This document shows positions 8,742 through 17,394 of a DNA stretch of 64,000 bases, in pieces (position 1 is the first letter of the stretch; each line of letters starts with the position of its first letter). Made by a program: the position numbers and the translations under genes. Under the pieces are notes generated by a model. That model saw only the letters and a list, made by a program, of their open reading frames with translations, did no database searches and was not told the origin of the DNA. The stretch is from positions 196,727-260,726 of the forward strand of contig JAGWFT010000001.1 in NCBI GenBank assembly GCA_028867755.1, given 5' to 3'. This DNA comes from Nitrososphaerota archaeon. Lineage in GTDB: Archaea > Thermoproteota > Nitrososphaeria > Nitrososphaerales > Nitrosopumilaceae.

Positions 8742-9380
8742 CTAGATGTAGCGGGCAGAAGATGATTGACTGCTGGCTGGCATGGAAGGCAGTTTGTCGT
8801 TGACTGCTGCCTCTGCAACTGCTGCAGCTTCTTGCATAATCTTCTCTGATTCTTCGTCTGAAACTCCAGAATCAATTCCAAAGTCGCCACCATGGAATGT
8901 ATCTGTCATTAATCCACCTAGCATTTCAGTCATTCCTGACAACTCGCGATCTGCTTCTGGCATAAACTGTACCAGAGATGATCTTAGGCTCTTCATCAAG
9001 CCAATTGTTGGCATGATTGTGACAAGTGTATCTCCCAGATCGTGGAAGGTACTGAGTCTGAGCACTATTTGTTCTAGTGCAATTCTAGCATTTCCGAGAA
9101 GCTTGGTAACTTTCCTAACTTCGGCTAATTCTTTTGATAAAACCTTACTAGCGGTAGTATCATGTTGTTGAGTGGCAACTACAATTCTTTTGAATAACTT
9201 TTCATCTTTTTGTTTTAATTTTGTAAGCATTCCATCAAGTTTTCCAGTTTGGACCTGGAGTCTTTTTACTGCCTGTTCCATCCTTGGCTTCAGAGGACCT
9301 TTTGGTCTTATAGTGTCGTTAAATCTTTCACCAATGCTTGGTGTCTGTGGTTTTTGCCAATTGTTAGTAAAGTTTGTCAT
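8742..9380 (-). CDS. cdvB: ESCRT-III/Snf7 family cell-division protein (CdvB paralogue)
   Basis: Snf7-type helices ..LAEVRKVTKLLGNARIALEQIVLRLSTFHDLGD..; C-terminal DKLPSMP. Exact paralogue not determined. Confidence 0.85.
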   Translation of the reverse strand: MTNFTNNWQKPQTPSIGERFNDTIRPKGPLKPRMEQAVKRLQVQTGKLDGMLTKLKQKDEKLFKRIVVATQQHDTTASKVLSKELAEVRKVTKLLGNARIALEQIVLRLSTFHDLGDTLVTIMPTIGLMKSLRSSLVQFMPEADRELSGMTEMLGGLMTDTFHGGDFGIDSGVSDEESEKIMQEAAAVAEAAVNDKLPSMPASSQSSSARYI

Positions 9381-9567
9381 GGATACGACTGATAAAATCT
9401 GTTATTAATTTCAGGTGTAAAATGTGGTTCACCGTATGCTAAATTTAGCTAACAAAGATGTGTGTGCAAGATAGGCAGGGCTCATTTTTTCATGATTAAA
9501 AAATCAAGATTTTTCGGATAACCTACATTGGATATATCCTACGTTCAATCCAACATCTACAGAAAAC

Positions 9568-9678
9568 CTATTGCACTACTTGAAGTGCTATGCTTCTCTG
9601 TGGATGGATCTTTTGTATGTGAATCGCAAGCGCACTGTTTGATGCCTGTGGTTCACAGCAAAGTGGACATTTTTCCAT
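9568..9678 (-). CDS. 36-aa C2H2 zinc-finger microprotein (not in ORF track)
   Basis: MEKCPLCCEPQASNSALAIHIQKIHPQRSIALQVVQ*: C-x2-C-x12-H-x4-H. Confidence 0.7.
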   Translation of the reverse strand: MEKCPLCCEPQASNSALAIHIQKIHPQRSIALQVVQ

Positions 9679-10076
9679 TTTATTTATTGCCTGTCATTCC
9701 AAAACTAACGTATTTAAGGTTTTGCTTGAATCGTTTTGACAATTCAAAAGTTGTAAAATATTTTTAAAAAATATTTTTTATTTCTAGAGAATATATGAGA
9801 TGAAAAATATTTTAAAATTAACAAAACGAAAAAAGATTGTTCTCAAAAAGAGAAAATCATTTTCAAGTTTTAATCATTACAAGAAATTCAATAATATGTA
9901 AACTTGAATTAAATTCCCTTTACGATATTAGTACATACTAGTTAAAATTTTTACAATTAATCTCATATTAAGGTCGAAAATATATAACTTTAATAGAAAA
10001 TTCTGCCAATTTTACTAATTTAACTTATAGTTAAACCTTTTTATTTATGTTAACCGAAATTCTTATAAGATATAAT

Positions 10077-10991
10077 ATGACACGCGAATCTTTCGGTTCT
10101 GGCGGACGTTGTCCTCGTTGTGGAAAAGGTCCAATGGTTACAGATAGCACCACAGGTGAAATGTTTTGTGGTGGATGCGGATTTGTTATGACAGAACGTG
10201 TTGAGGAATCTGGACCAGAATGGAGATCATTTTCTAAAGAGGAACATGAAGATCGAAGTAGGACAGGAACTCCAACATCACTTGCAATGCATGATATGGG
10301 ATTAGCAACAATAATTGGTCCTGCTGACAAAGATGCATCAGGAAAACCACTTTCTGCATCTATGAAAAGTACAATTGAGCGACTTAGAACTTGGGATAGC
10401 CGAAGTCAAGTTCATGAACCAGTAGATAGAAACTTTAGACAAGCTTTCAGTGAGCTTGATAGACTAAAAGACAAACTTGCATTATCAGATGCAGTAATCG
10501 AAAAGACTGCATACATCTATCGAAAAGCACTTGATAAAGGGCTTGTTAGAGGAAGATCAATTCCTGGACTCGTAGCTGCTGCACTTTATGCAGCATGTAG
10601 AGATACTGAAACTCCTAGAACTCTGACCGATGTTGCAAGTGGAATCAACATTAAAAGAAAAGATGTTGCACGATGCTATAGACTTTTACTCAGAGAACTT
10701 GATCTCAAGATGCCTGTAGTCGATCCAATAAAGTGTGTAGCAAGAATTGCAAGCAAAGCTGGATTAAGTGAAAAAACAAAACGAAAGGCCCTACAAATTC
10801 TAAAAGATGCCGCAGAGATTGAAATTTCTGCTGGCAAAGATCCAATGGGACTTGCAGCTGCTGCTCTGTATCTCTCTTGTGTAATGAATGGAGAGAATAA
10901 GACACAGAAAGATGTTGCACAAGCTGCTGGAGTAACCGAAGTAACAATTAGAAATAGATACAAGGGATTAAAAGAATCCCTCAAGCTCTAA
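10077..10991 (+). CDS. tfb: Transcription initiation factor IIB
   Basis: Zn ribbon CPRC..CGGC, GPEWRSF, two cyclin repeats, GVTEVTIRNRYK. Confidence 0.95.
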   Translation: MTRESFGSGGRCPRCGKGPMVTDSTTGEMFCGGCGFVMTERVEESGPEWRSFSKEEHEDRSRTGTPTSLAMHDMGLATIIGPADKDASGKPLSASMKSTIERLRTWDSRSQVHEPVDRNFRQAFSELDRLKDKLALSDAVIEKTAYIYRKALDKGLVRGRSIPGLVAAALYAACRDTETPRTLTDVASGINIKRKDVARCYRLLLRELDLKMPVVDPIKCVARIASKAGLSEKTKRKALQILKDAAEIEISAGKDPMGLAAAALYLSCVMNGENKTQKDVAQAAGVTEVTIRNRYKGLKESLKL

Positions 10992-11110
10992 ATTTTTTTG
11001 AAAATAATTTTATTTGGTTAAACGATCAATAACGATTGAAAATCATCGAGAGAAAAAATGTGGAGATGCAAAGGATGAAAATGTATCATTAAACTATTGT
11101 AAAACAATTT

Positions 11111-11196
11111 GGGCGTGGCCCTTATCGCAGACTTGCAGAGATTACCTCTTACGATCCACAAAGTGGATTCACATTAAGATCTGCGAAGCCACGCTC
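11111..11196 (+). repeat. ~85-nt structured intergenic element E1 (GCGTGG...CCACGC family)
   Basis: gggcgtggc/gccacgctc closing stem, tcgcaga/tctgcga inner stem, two apical hairpins. Confidence 0.55.
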
Positions 11197-11436
11197 ATTT
11201 GGCAGTAGATTTTATATCCTTCTGCATTAATTTTTATAGAAGATTAAAGTATTTATCATTTTATGCATATTTTTTGTCTTTAAATTAATAATTATTCAAA
11301 TTTTTTTAAAAAAGGAAATAGAGGGGTGTGACTACATATGTCATTTATACAATATTTACAAGAATTAAAAGTCAACAAAAAAACTCGATTACAATTTAGT
11401 CTAGAAAAACTTTAGCGTTTATTAAGACACATAATA

Positions 11437-11877
11437 TTGAGGAGCTTAATGGCAGTAGGCGAACATGATAGGTCTAGTAGAGCTTCACTTTTTGCTAAAC
11501 ATGCGTTCAAGTATTATGCAGTAGGAGCATGTGGAATACTAGTAAATCTTGGGATCTTGTATGTTCTAAAAGAATATGTTGGATTATGGTATCTTGCATC
11601 TTCTGCAATTGCGATCTATGTCTCTATGACAACAAATTTCTTTTTGAATAAAGCTTGGACTTTTAATGATACAGTGGTAAAACAGTCAGTATTTTTTATG
11701 TATGTCAAGTTCATCGGAATAAGTATTATTGGTATGTTGATTCAACTTGGATTTAATTATCTGTTAGTGGATGAAACACATTTGTACTATCTGTTGGCAG
11801 CACTCATCTCGATAGTAATTGCATCAGGTGTAAATTTTATTCTTAATAGACATATAACATTTGGAATAAAACTCTAA
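11437..11877 (+). CDS. GtrA family membrane protein
   Basis: FKYYAVGACGILVNLGILYVL..NFFLNKAWTF..NFILNRHITF. Confidence 0.85.
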   Translation: MRSLMAVGEHDRSSRASLFAKHAFKYYAVGACGILVNLGILYVLKEYVGLWYLASSAIAIYVSMTTNFFLNKAWTFNDTVVKQSVFFMYVKFIGISIIGMLIQLGFNYLLVDETHLYYLLAALISIVIASGVNFILNRHITFGIKL

Positions 11878-11890
11878 AGATGTAGAATAG

Positions 11891-12631
11891 ATGAAACTTT
11901 CTGGAAAGGTTGCAATTATTACAGGTGGCAGCAGGGGGATAGGAAAAGCTACAGCTAGTATTTTTGCAAAAGAAGGTGCAAGTGTTGTGATCACGGCAAA
12001 GGATAACACAAGACTCCAGTCAGCAGCCAGAGAGTTAGGAGTGGTTGGTTTTGCTGGGGATATCAGAAAAAATGATGATGTTGAAAATATTGTAAAAAGA
12101 ACTCTCGATAGATTTGGCAAGATAGACATACTGGTAAATAATGCAGGAATGCTTCCAAAAGTAAAGCCCTTACATGAAATTCCTGAAGAAGAATGGAATG
12201 AGGTGATTGACATAAATCTTACAGGACAGTTTCGTTTTACAAAAGCAGTCGTTCCACATATGATGAAAAATGGAGGATGTATCATAAACATCTCATCAGA
12301 TGCAGGACTCAAATCATTTGAGAATTTTGAGGTTGATTCGTATTCGGCAACAAAGGCTGCTTTAATACACCTGACAAAGACTTGGGCAATCGAATATGCC
12401 AAGCATAAGATTCGTGTAAATTGCATCTGCCCAGGTGTAATTGAAACGGACATGACAGAACCCTATCTTAGGACAGAGGCAGATAGGGCTATGATGGTTG
12501 CTGAGCATCCAATAGGAAGAATTGGTAATCCAGACGATGTTGCAAAAGCCATACTATATTTTGCATCAGAAGATTCGTCGTGGATTACAGGAGCAATTTT
12601 ACCTGTAGATGGCGGAGTAACAATAAAGTAA
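11891..12631 (+). CDS. Short-chain dehydrogenase/reductase (FabG-like)
   Basis: TGGSRGIG, NNAG, YSATK, DGG. Confidence 0.9.
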   Translation: MKLSGKVAIITGGSRGIGKATASIFAKEGASVVITAKDNTRLQSAARELGVVGFAGDIRKNDDVENIVKRTLDRFGKIDILVNNAGMLPKVKPLHEIPEEEWNEVIDINLTGQFRFTKAVVPHMMKNGGCIINISSDAGLKSFENFEVDSYSATKAALIHLTKTWAIEYAKHKIRVNCICPGVIETDMTEPYLRTEADRAMMVAEHPIGRIGNPDDVAKAILYFASEDSSWITGAILPVDGGVTIK

Positions 12632-12673
12632 ATCAGCCATATAAAATTAATAGAACTAGTCCCTACTTAGGGC

Positions 12674-12898
12674 ATGGACGAGAAGAGGAAGCGATCACTT
12701 AAGATAATCATCACTTTAGCGATAGTCTGGTTTGCTGCAGCCTTGCCAGTGCCGTTTATGGGAGCAAATCCCGATCCTCAACATCCAGAACAGTACAAAG
12801 TATACTTGGAGATTGCTGCATTAGTTTCGGTTCCCTTCATAGCGATGGGAGTTGTCTGGACACTAAAGCCTGAACTTGCAACAAGAGGCTCTAGTTAA
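12674..12898 (+). CDS. Small two-TM membrane protein
   Basis: 74 aa, two hydrophobic helices. Confidence 0.6.
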   Translation: MDEKRKRSLKIIITLAIVWFAAALPVPFMGANPDPQHPEQYKVYLEIAALVSVPFIAMGVVWTLKPELATRGSS

Positions 12899-13655
12899 GA
12901 AATTCGACTGCACCGTTTCCTTCTGGCGTGATCTTTATCCAACGAGTTCTTCCTATTCTTTCAACTTCAACAAATTTCCACTCGTTTAAAAGCGGCTGGA
13001 TTATGTTTTTGTCCAGACTTGCAAACCTGGCTTGCTGAAAGTTTTCTTCTTTTGCATTTATCATAATTAGTTTTTTTTCCTCTGCCAGTATTGCCATTTC
13101 TTTTTTTGTTATTTTACCACCATGCTGTTTTATTATTTTCAATGCTTGAATCAAAGCTGGTTTTGGTGTATGAATTTCATATGCAGGTAATTTTACCACT
13201 GTCCTCAATCCTGAAGAAAGTTGTTCCCCTTTTACACTAGCATAATTTTCTGGTTCTGCATAGTATGGAGTAAGCTTTGTTTTACCTTGAAACATCATGC
13301 AGGCCATCATGCATGCAATTGCCTGAATTTTTGAACCAGAAGAACAATTTACAAAGATATCATTATCTTTCTCTTTTTCTACAATTTCTCTAACTGATTT
13401 TAATATCTTGAAGAGTTCAAATCTATCAGAATATACTACATGAACTTCGATCTTTTCCTTTTTTAGATGTGCTCTTATCTTTTCCATGTAGCCTTGTGCC
13501 CTATCCTTTGTCGGTTCACCATGCATCAAAAGCCATACCCTGTCTGCCTTCATCTGCTTTGCAGGTATTGCAATCCTGTCAATCTCAAAACCTACTGGGG
13601 CAATGTGCACTCTGAGATTGGCTATATGTGTCATAATAGTATGTATGGTTTGCAT
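12891..13655 (-). CDS. HFX_2341/DUF6293-type regulator (CARF-like Rossmann domain + wHTH)
   Basis: RVHIAPVGFEIDRI..ADRVWLL..IFVNCSSGSKIQAIA; C-terminal wHTH ..VERIGRTRWIKITPEG. Confidence 0.75.
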   Translation of the reverse strand: MQTIHTIMTHIANLRVHIAPVGFEIDRIAIPAKQMKADRVWLLMHGEPTKDRAQGYMEKIRAHLKKEKIEVHVVYSDRFELFKILKSVREIVEKEKDNDIFVNCSSGSKIQAIACMMACMMFQGKTKLTPYYAEPENYASVKGEQLSSGLRTVVKLPAYEIHTPKPALIQALKIIKQHGGKITKKEMAILAEEKKLIMINAKEENFQQARFASLDKNIIQPLLNEWKFVEVERIGRTRWIKITPEGNGAVEFLN

Positions 13656-13773
13656 ACTATGGTGATGATATATAATAATTGTGGATTTGTATGTGATTCA
13701 TGCAACAAAAATACAAACTTGACAAAACTCAAGTCTTGTTCTATCCTAAAGTAAAGTCAGTCTTTGAAGAATC

Positions 13774-14331
13774 TTAGTTTTTCATCCAAGCTGTTTGTTC
13801 CAGATAATCTAATGATTTGATCACTTCATCAAGTTTTGCCACAACAGCATTAACTGCACGAAATTCTTCATACATCATTTTTTCCTCGTCAGGCGACAAG
13901 ACTTGTTTTTCTGCAGTGTCAAAAAACTTGTCTTCCTTTGTCATGTGTTCATTTAGGTAAACTGCATAAGTTTTAAGAAATCTTGCAACAGGTTCCCTTT
14001 CATTTTTCCCCTCTTTCCATTTCTGCAAATATCCTGAGATGTTACTTGCAATGCGACGACTAAATTCATGCTCAATCATAAACGCTCGTATCTCTTCTTT
14101 TAGAGATCCATAGCTCCCAACGCAGGCAAAGTATGTATCCTCTTCTCTGGAATAATGAATTGCATCAAGAAATTCAGACATTATTGTAACTATTTTTTCC
14201 AGATCTGAAAATGGAATGTCTAGTCCAGCATAGAGTTTAGTATAACATTGGATAACTATCTTTTCAAGGCGACGCATTTGTTTGTGGTCGTTTCTTAATG
14301 TCTCTGTGGCACTCATGGTTAATTTCAACAT
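13774..14331 (-). CDS. Hemerythrin/HHE cation-binding protein
   Basis: LRNDH, HYSREE, MIEH, EHMTKED di-iron ligand pattern. Confidence 0.85.
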   Translation of the reverse strand: MLKLTMSATETLRNDHKQMRRLEKIVIQCYTKLYAGLDIPFSDLEKIVTIMSEFLDAIHYSREEDTYFACVGSYGSLKEEIRAFMIEHEFSRRIASNISGYLQKWKEGKNEREPVARFLKTYAVYLNEHMTKEDKFFDTAEKQVLSPDEEKMMYEEFRAVNAVVAKLDEVIKSLDYLEQTAWMKN

Positions 14332-14336
14332 TAATC

Positions 14337-15173
14337 TTAGGTATATACTGTAAACAAAATTACCCTTTTTGGGTCATATTGAACAATCGCAAAATGAGGA
14401 ACCTCAGAATCTTTTACATAGTGACCTTCAGGCCCGCCAATACCCAATCTGATAAGATAATTATTAGAAGAGTTAATTTCAATTTCCTTACTCTCAAGAA
14501 TGTGACCTGAGAGCTTTTCCTTTACTGATTTTAAGTTTGGATAAAGCCTGTGAATATCTCCATCTTGCATTATTGTTTCCTCTTTATGTTGATGACCACA
14601 CAAAATGATATGGTTTTTCACATGTTTGTTAGCTTCATCAAACGCAGAAGATGGCTTGTAATGATATCCAGAGTAAGTAAAGGATTCAAAGTCTTCTTCT
14701 GTTAGCCTCTGCCATGACCTTTTGTATAGCCATGCCTCATCTTGTGCAGTTTTTGGGGTTATTTTTTCTGGGTCAAGTGGCCCTCCATGCACACAGAAGA
14801 GACCATGTTTTTTATCTATGAACTCTTGACTGCCAAAAGTCCCGTCATTATTTTCTTTGAAAAATGAGGTATCTTCTGAATTTAGTTTTGCATGTGCGTC
14901 CATGCTCTCAATCGAGCTTCCACCTATCAACCTATTGTACAAAAATGCTTCATCATGATTTCCCATTACAGAGAAAATAGGATAATTTTTTTCAAGCAAT
15001 TTTAGTCTAGAAAGCACCTCTTTTGGATGTGTTCCCCTTTCAAGAAGATCGCCTAGATTTATTATTCTTGAGAAAGTGCCATACTTTTTTGTAAACTCTG
15101 GATTTGACGCTATGCCAAGTATAGTATCCAGGGCATCAATGTCTGCATGAATGTCAGAAAATACTAGATCCAA
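14337..15173 (-). CDS. Calcineurin-like metallophosphoesterase
   Basis: SDIHAD, NLGDLLERG, GNHD, VHGG, CGHQH; likely TTG start at 15173 (ORF-track start overlaps the upstream gene). Confidence 0.85.
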   Translation of the reverse strand: MDLVFSDIHADIDALDTILGIASNPEFTKKYGTFSRIINLGDLLERGTHPKEVLSRLKLLEKNYPIFSVMGNHDEAFLYNRLIGGSSIESMDAHAKLNSEDTSFFKENNDGTFGSQEFIDKKHGLFCVHGGPLDPEKITPKTAQDEAWLYKRSWQRLTEEDFESFTYSGYHYKPSSAFDEANKHVKNHIILCGHQHKEETIMQDGDIHRLYPNLKSVKEKLSGHILESKEIEINSSNNYLIRLGIGGPEGHYVKDSEVPHFAIVQYDPKRVILFTVYT

Positions 15174-15193
15174 TAATTTAACCAGATATTTGC

Positions 15194-16204
15194 CTAATTT
15201 GTAATTTTTCGTGTACTCTTTATTACAAAAAGACCTGCGCCCATTGCTGTAGCAGCTAAACATGATGCAACCAGCACCATAGTCCACATGCCATTATTCA
15301 GAGCTTGACTTGAACCAGTTTGGATTTGGGAACTTGGTTGTGTTTGTATTGTTACAGGATTTGTCTGTGGTATTACTGGTTGTGTGGTCTGTTCTGTTGG
15401 TTGTGAGGTTTGCTCTGCAGCTTTTTGTACTCCTTGTTGAATTTGCTGCATTTCATCTGGGACTGGTGCACCCATCTGGTGTGGAAGCTTGCCTATGACT
15501 GCCATTGCTTGTCTTATTTCATCTTGGTTCCATCCAAGTGCAGAAAGTTTGCTGTAAAATTCAGACTGGCTAATCTGTCCGTTTTGGTATGCCTGGATGA
15601 TAGGATTGCCAATGTCTGCAACCTGGAGTGGGGGCGGTGGAGAACCTGGTGTGACAGTAAATTGTATTGTTTGTGTGATATCGTTTATTTGAGGTGCGTT
15701 CTCTTCACCCCAGCCAAATCTTATGTTATAGATACCTGTTGGCTGATCCTTGGCGTTACATAAAGTAGAATATCGCTCTACTGTTTTTCCATTTACTACA
15801 ACATCGCAGACTGAATTCTCAAGGCCGTTAAGATAAACAGGATTTGGATTGCTGGTACTAAATAACGTAAACGTAACTGTCCTGTCTGCAAAGTCGTGAT
15901 TTAGTGCGTCATAATGAGTATAGATTGGAAAGCAGTCCTGGCCTCCACATTGGCTTTGTGGCGTTGTTCCAAAAGAGTCTGAAAATGGAAGGTAGATGTA
16001 AAGATCTGGATAGGGATAGGACTCTTTGGATATATCTGGAATGTTGGATACCGTAATTGTTATTGGTGTCCCGGGGGGTCCTGATATTGGCGATATTGTA
16101 ACGTCTGGCTTGCCCAAAGTGCTAAGATCTGATGTTGCCCCGGCAGAATTGAGAAGTGGTAAAATTATCAATCCTATGGCACTTATCAAGAGTGATCTTC
16201 TCAA
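15194..16204 (-). CDS. Secreted/membrane-anchored hypothetical protein
   Basis: Signal peptide, Ig-like start (VTISPISGPPGTPITITVSN), Gln/Thr linker, C-terminal TM. Confidence 0.7.
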   Translation of the reverse strand: MRRSLLISAIGLIILPLLNSAGATSDLSTLGKPDVTISPISGPPGTPITITVSNIPDISKESYPYPDLYIYLPFSDSFGTTPQSQCGGQDCFPIYTHYDALNHDFADRTVTFTLFSTSNPNPVYLNGLENSVCDVVVNGKTVERYSTLCNAKDQPTGIYNIRFGWGEENAPQINDITQTIQFTVTPGSPPPPLQVADIGNPIIQAYQNGQISQSEFYSKLSALGWNQDEIRQAMAVIGKLPHQMGAPVPDEMQQIQQGVQKAAEQTSQPTEQTTQPVIPQTNPVTIQTQPSSQIQTGSSQALNNGMWTMVLVASCLAATAMGAGLFVIKSTRKITN

Positions 16205-16292
16205 TTCGTGTAAAATTATAAATAATAACTAATAAGACTTGGGACTCTATCATCAGTAAGAATCTTCTATGCAAATTGATGTCAGGGCATTT

Positions 16293-17240
16293 TTATAATT
16301 CAAATTCTATCTTCTGGATGGAATTTTTTGGAACCTGTAAATCTTTGAACGTATCAGGATTTATTATCTTTGCCAAGATCTCAAGTCCTGTTACGGTTCT
16401 TGGTCCTGGCTTGCTAAAGTATTCGTTTGCATTTACTGCATAAACTTGGCCTTGTTTTACTGCTTCAAGTGATCTCCATTTCTCCTTGTCTGCAAGTCTT
16501 TCATATTCTTGCATAGTTCGGTTTACATCAAAGCCGCATGGCATAAGCACAATTATTTCTGGGTTAAACTTGACAATCTCGTCTAGCTCCATTCTTCTTG
16601 ACTTGTCTCCTGTTGCACTAATTCCGTTTATTCCTCCTGCAAGTTCTACCATCTGTGGAACCCAGTGACCTGCAGTAAACAGCGGGTCAAGCCATTCAAT
16701 ACAGAGAACTTGGGGTCGTGCAATTTTCTGCCTGTATTGTATAATTTTGATTCTAGACCTCAGGCCATGAACAAAAGCTTGTGATTCACCGAGTTTTCCT
16801 ACCTTTTTGCCAATCTCAATTATATCATCAAGTATGTCACCGAGGTTTTTTGGGTCTAGGATTAGAACTTCGGGTTTGTCTTGCAGTATTGAGACTGCTC
16901 TGTTGATCTCTTTGGTATAAGGAGAGCAGACCTCGCAGATTCCTTGTGCAACAATTAGATCTGGATTTACTTTCTTTAGTACCTGCTCATCTAGCACATA
17001 GATGTCTTTTTTTGTTTGAACTAGCTCGACTACTTTACTGTCTATTTCTTTGCTTGTCATTTTTCCAGGATCAAACGAGGAGTGGATTACTTTGGGTTTT
17101 GATTTTGCTTCTGCTGGGTAATTGCATTCGTGTGTTACTGCAAGTACTTGATCGCCTACTCCTAATTCATACAGTATTTCTGTTGCACTAGGAAGAAAGG
17201 AAACAATACGGTTTGGCATGATTTTCATTTTATTTTCCAA
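16293..17240 (-). CDS. BtuF-like cobalamin/siderophore-binding protein
   Basis: RIVSFLPSATEILYELG, AVTHECNYP, TAGHWVPQMVELAGG, SKPGPRTVTGLEILAK. Confidence 0.85.
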   Translation of the reverse strand: MENKMKIMPNRIVSFLPSATEILYELGVGDQVLAVTHECNYPAEAKSKPKVIHSSFDPGKMTSKEIDSKVVELVQTKKDIYVLDEQVLKKVNPDLIVAQGICEVCSPYTKEINRAVSILQDKPEVLILDPKNLGDILDDIIEIGKKVGKLGESQAFVHGLRSRIKIIQYRQKIARPQVLCIEWLDPLFTAGHWVPQMVELAGGINGISATGDKSRRMELDEIVKFNPEIIVLMPCGFDVNRTMQEYERLADKEKWRSLEAVKQGQVYAVNANEYFSKPGPRTVTGLEILAKIINPDTFKDLQVPKNSIQKIEFEL

Positions 17241-17394
17241 CTAATAGTGTTAACTAGATTTTGGCTCGTATCGGTCTTTCCTACTTATATATGAGTTTCC
17301 AGTAGAAAATTTATCTAACTTAACATGCGTTGGATACGATAACTTAACTTTCGCTAAAACAAGTTTTATCCATGTTTGATTATTTACTTTACTA

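Noticed and set aside
9770-10046. Very AT-rich tract as a second origin
   Set aside because: No ORB motifs; consistent with divergent promoter DNA upstream of tfb and the C2H2/cdvB genes
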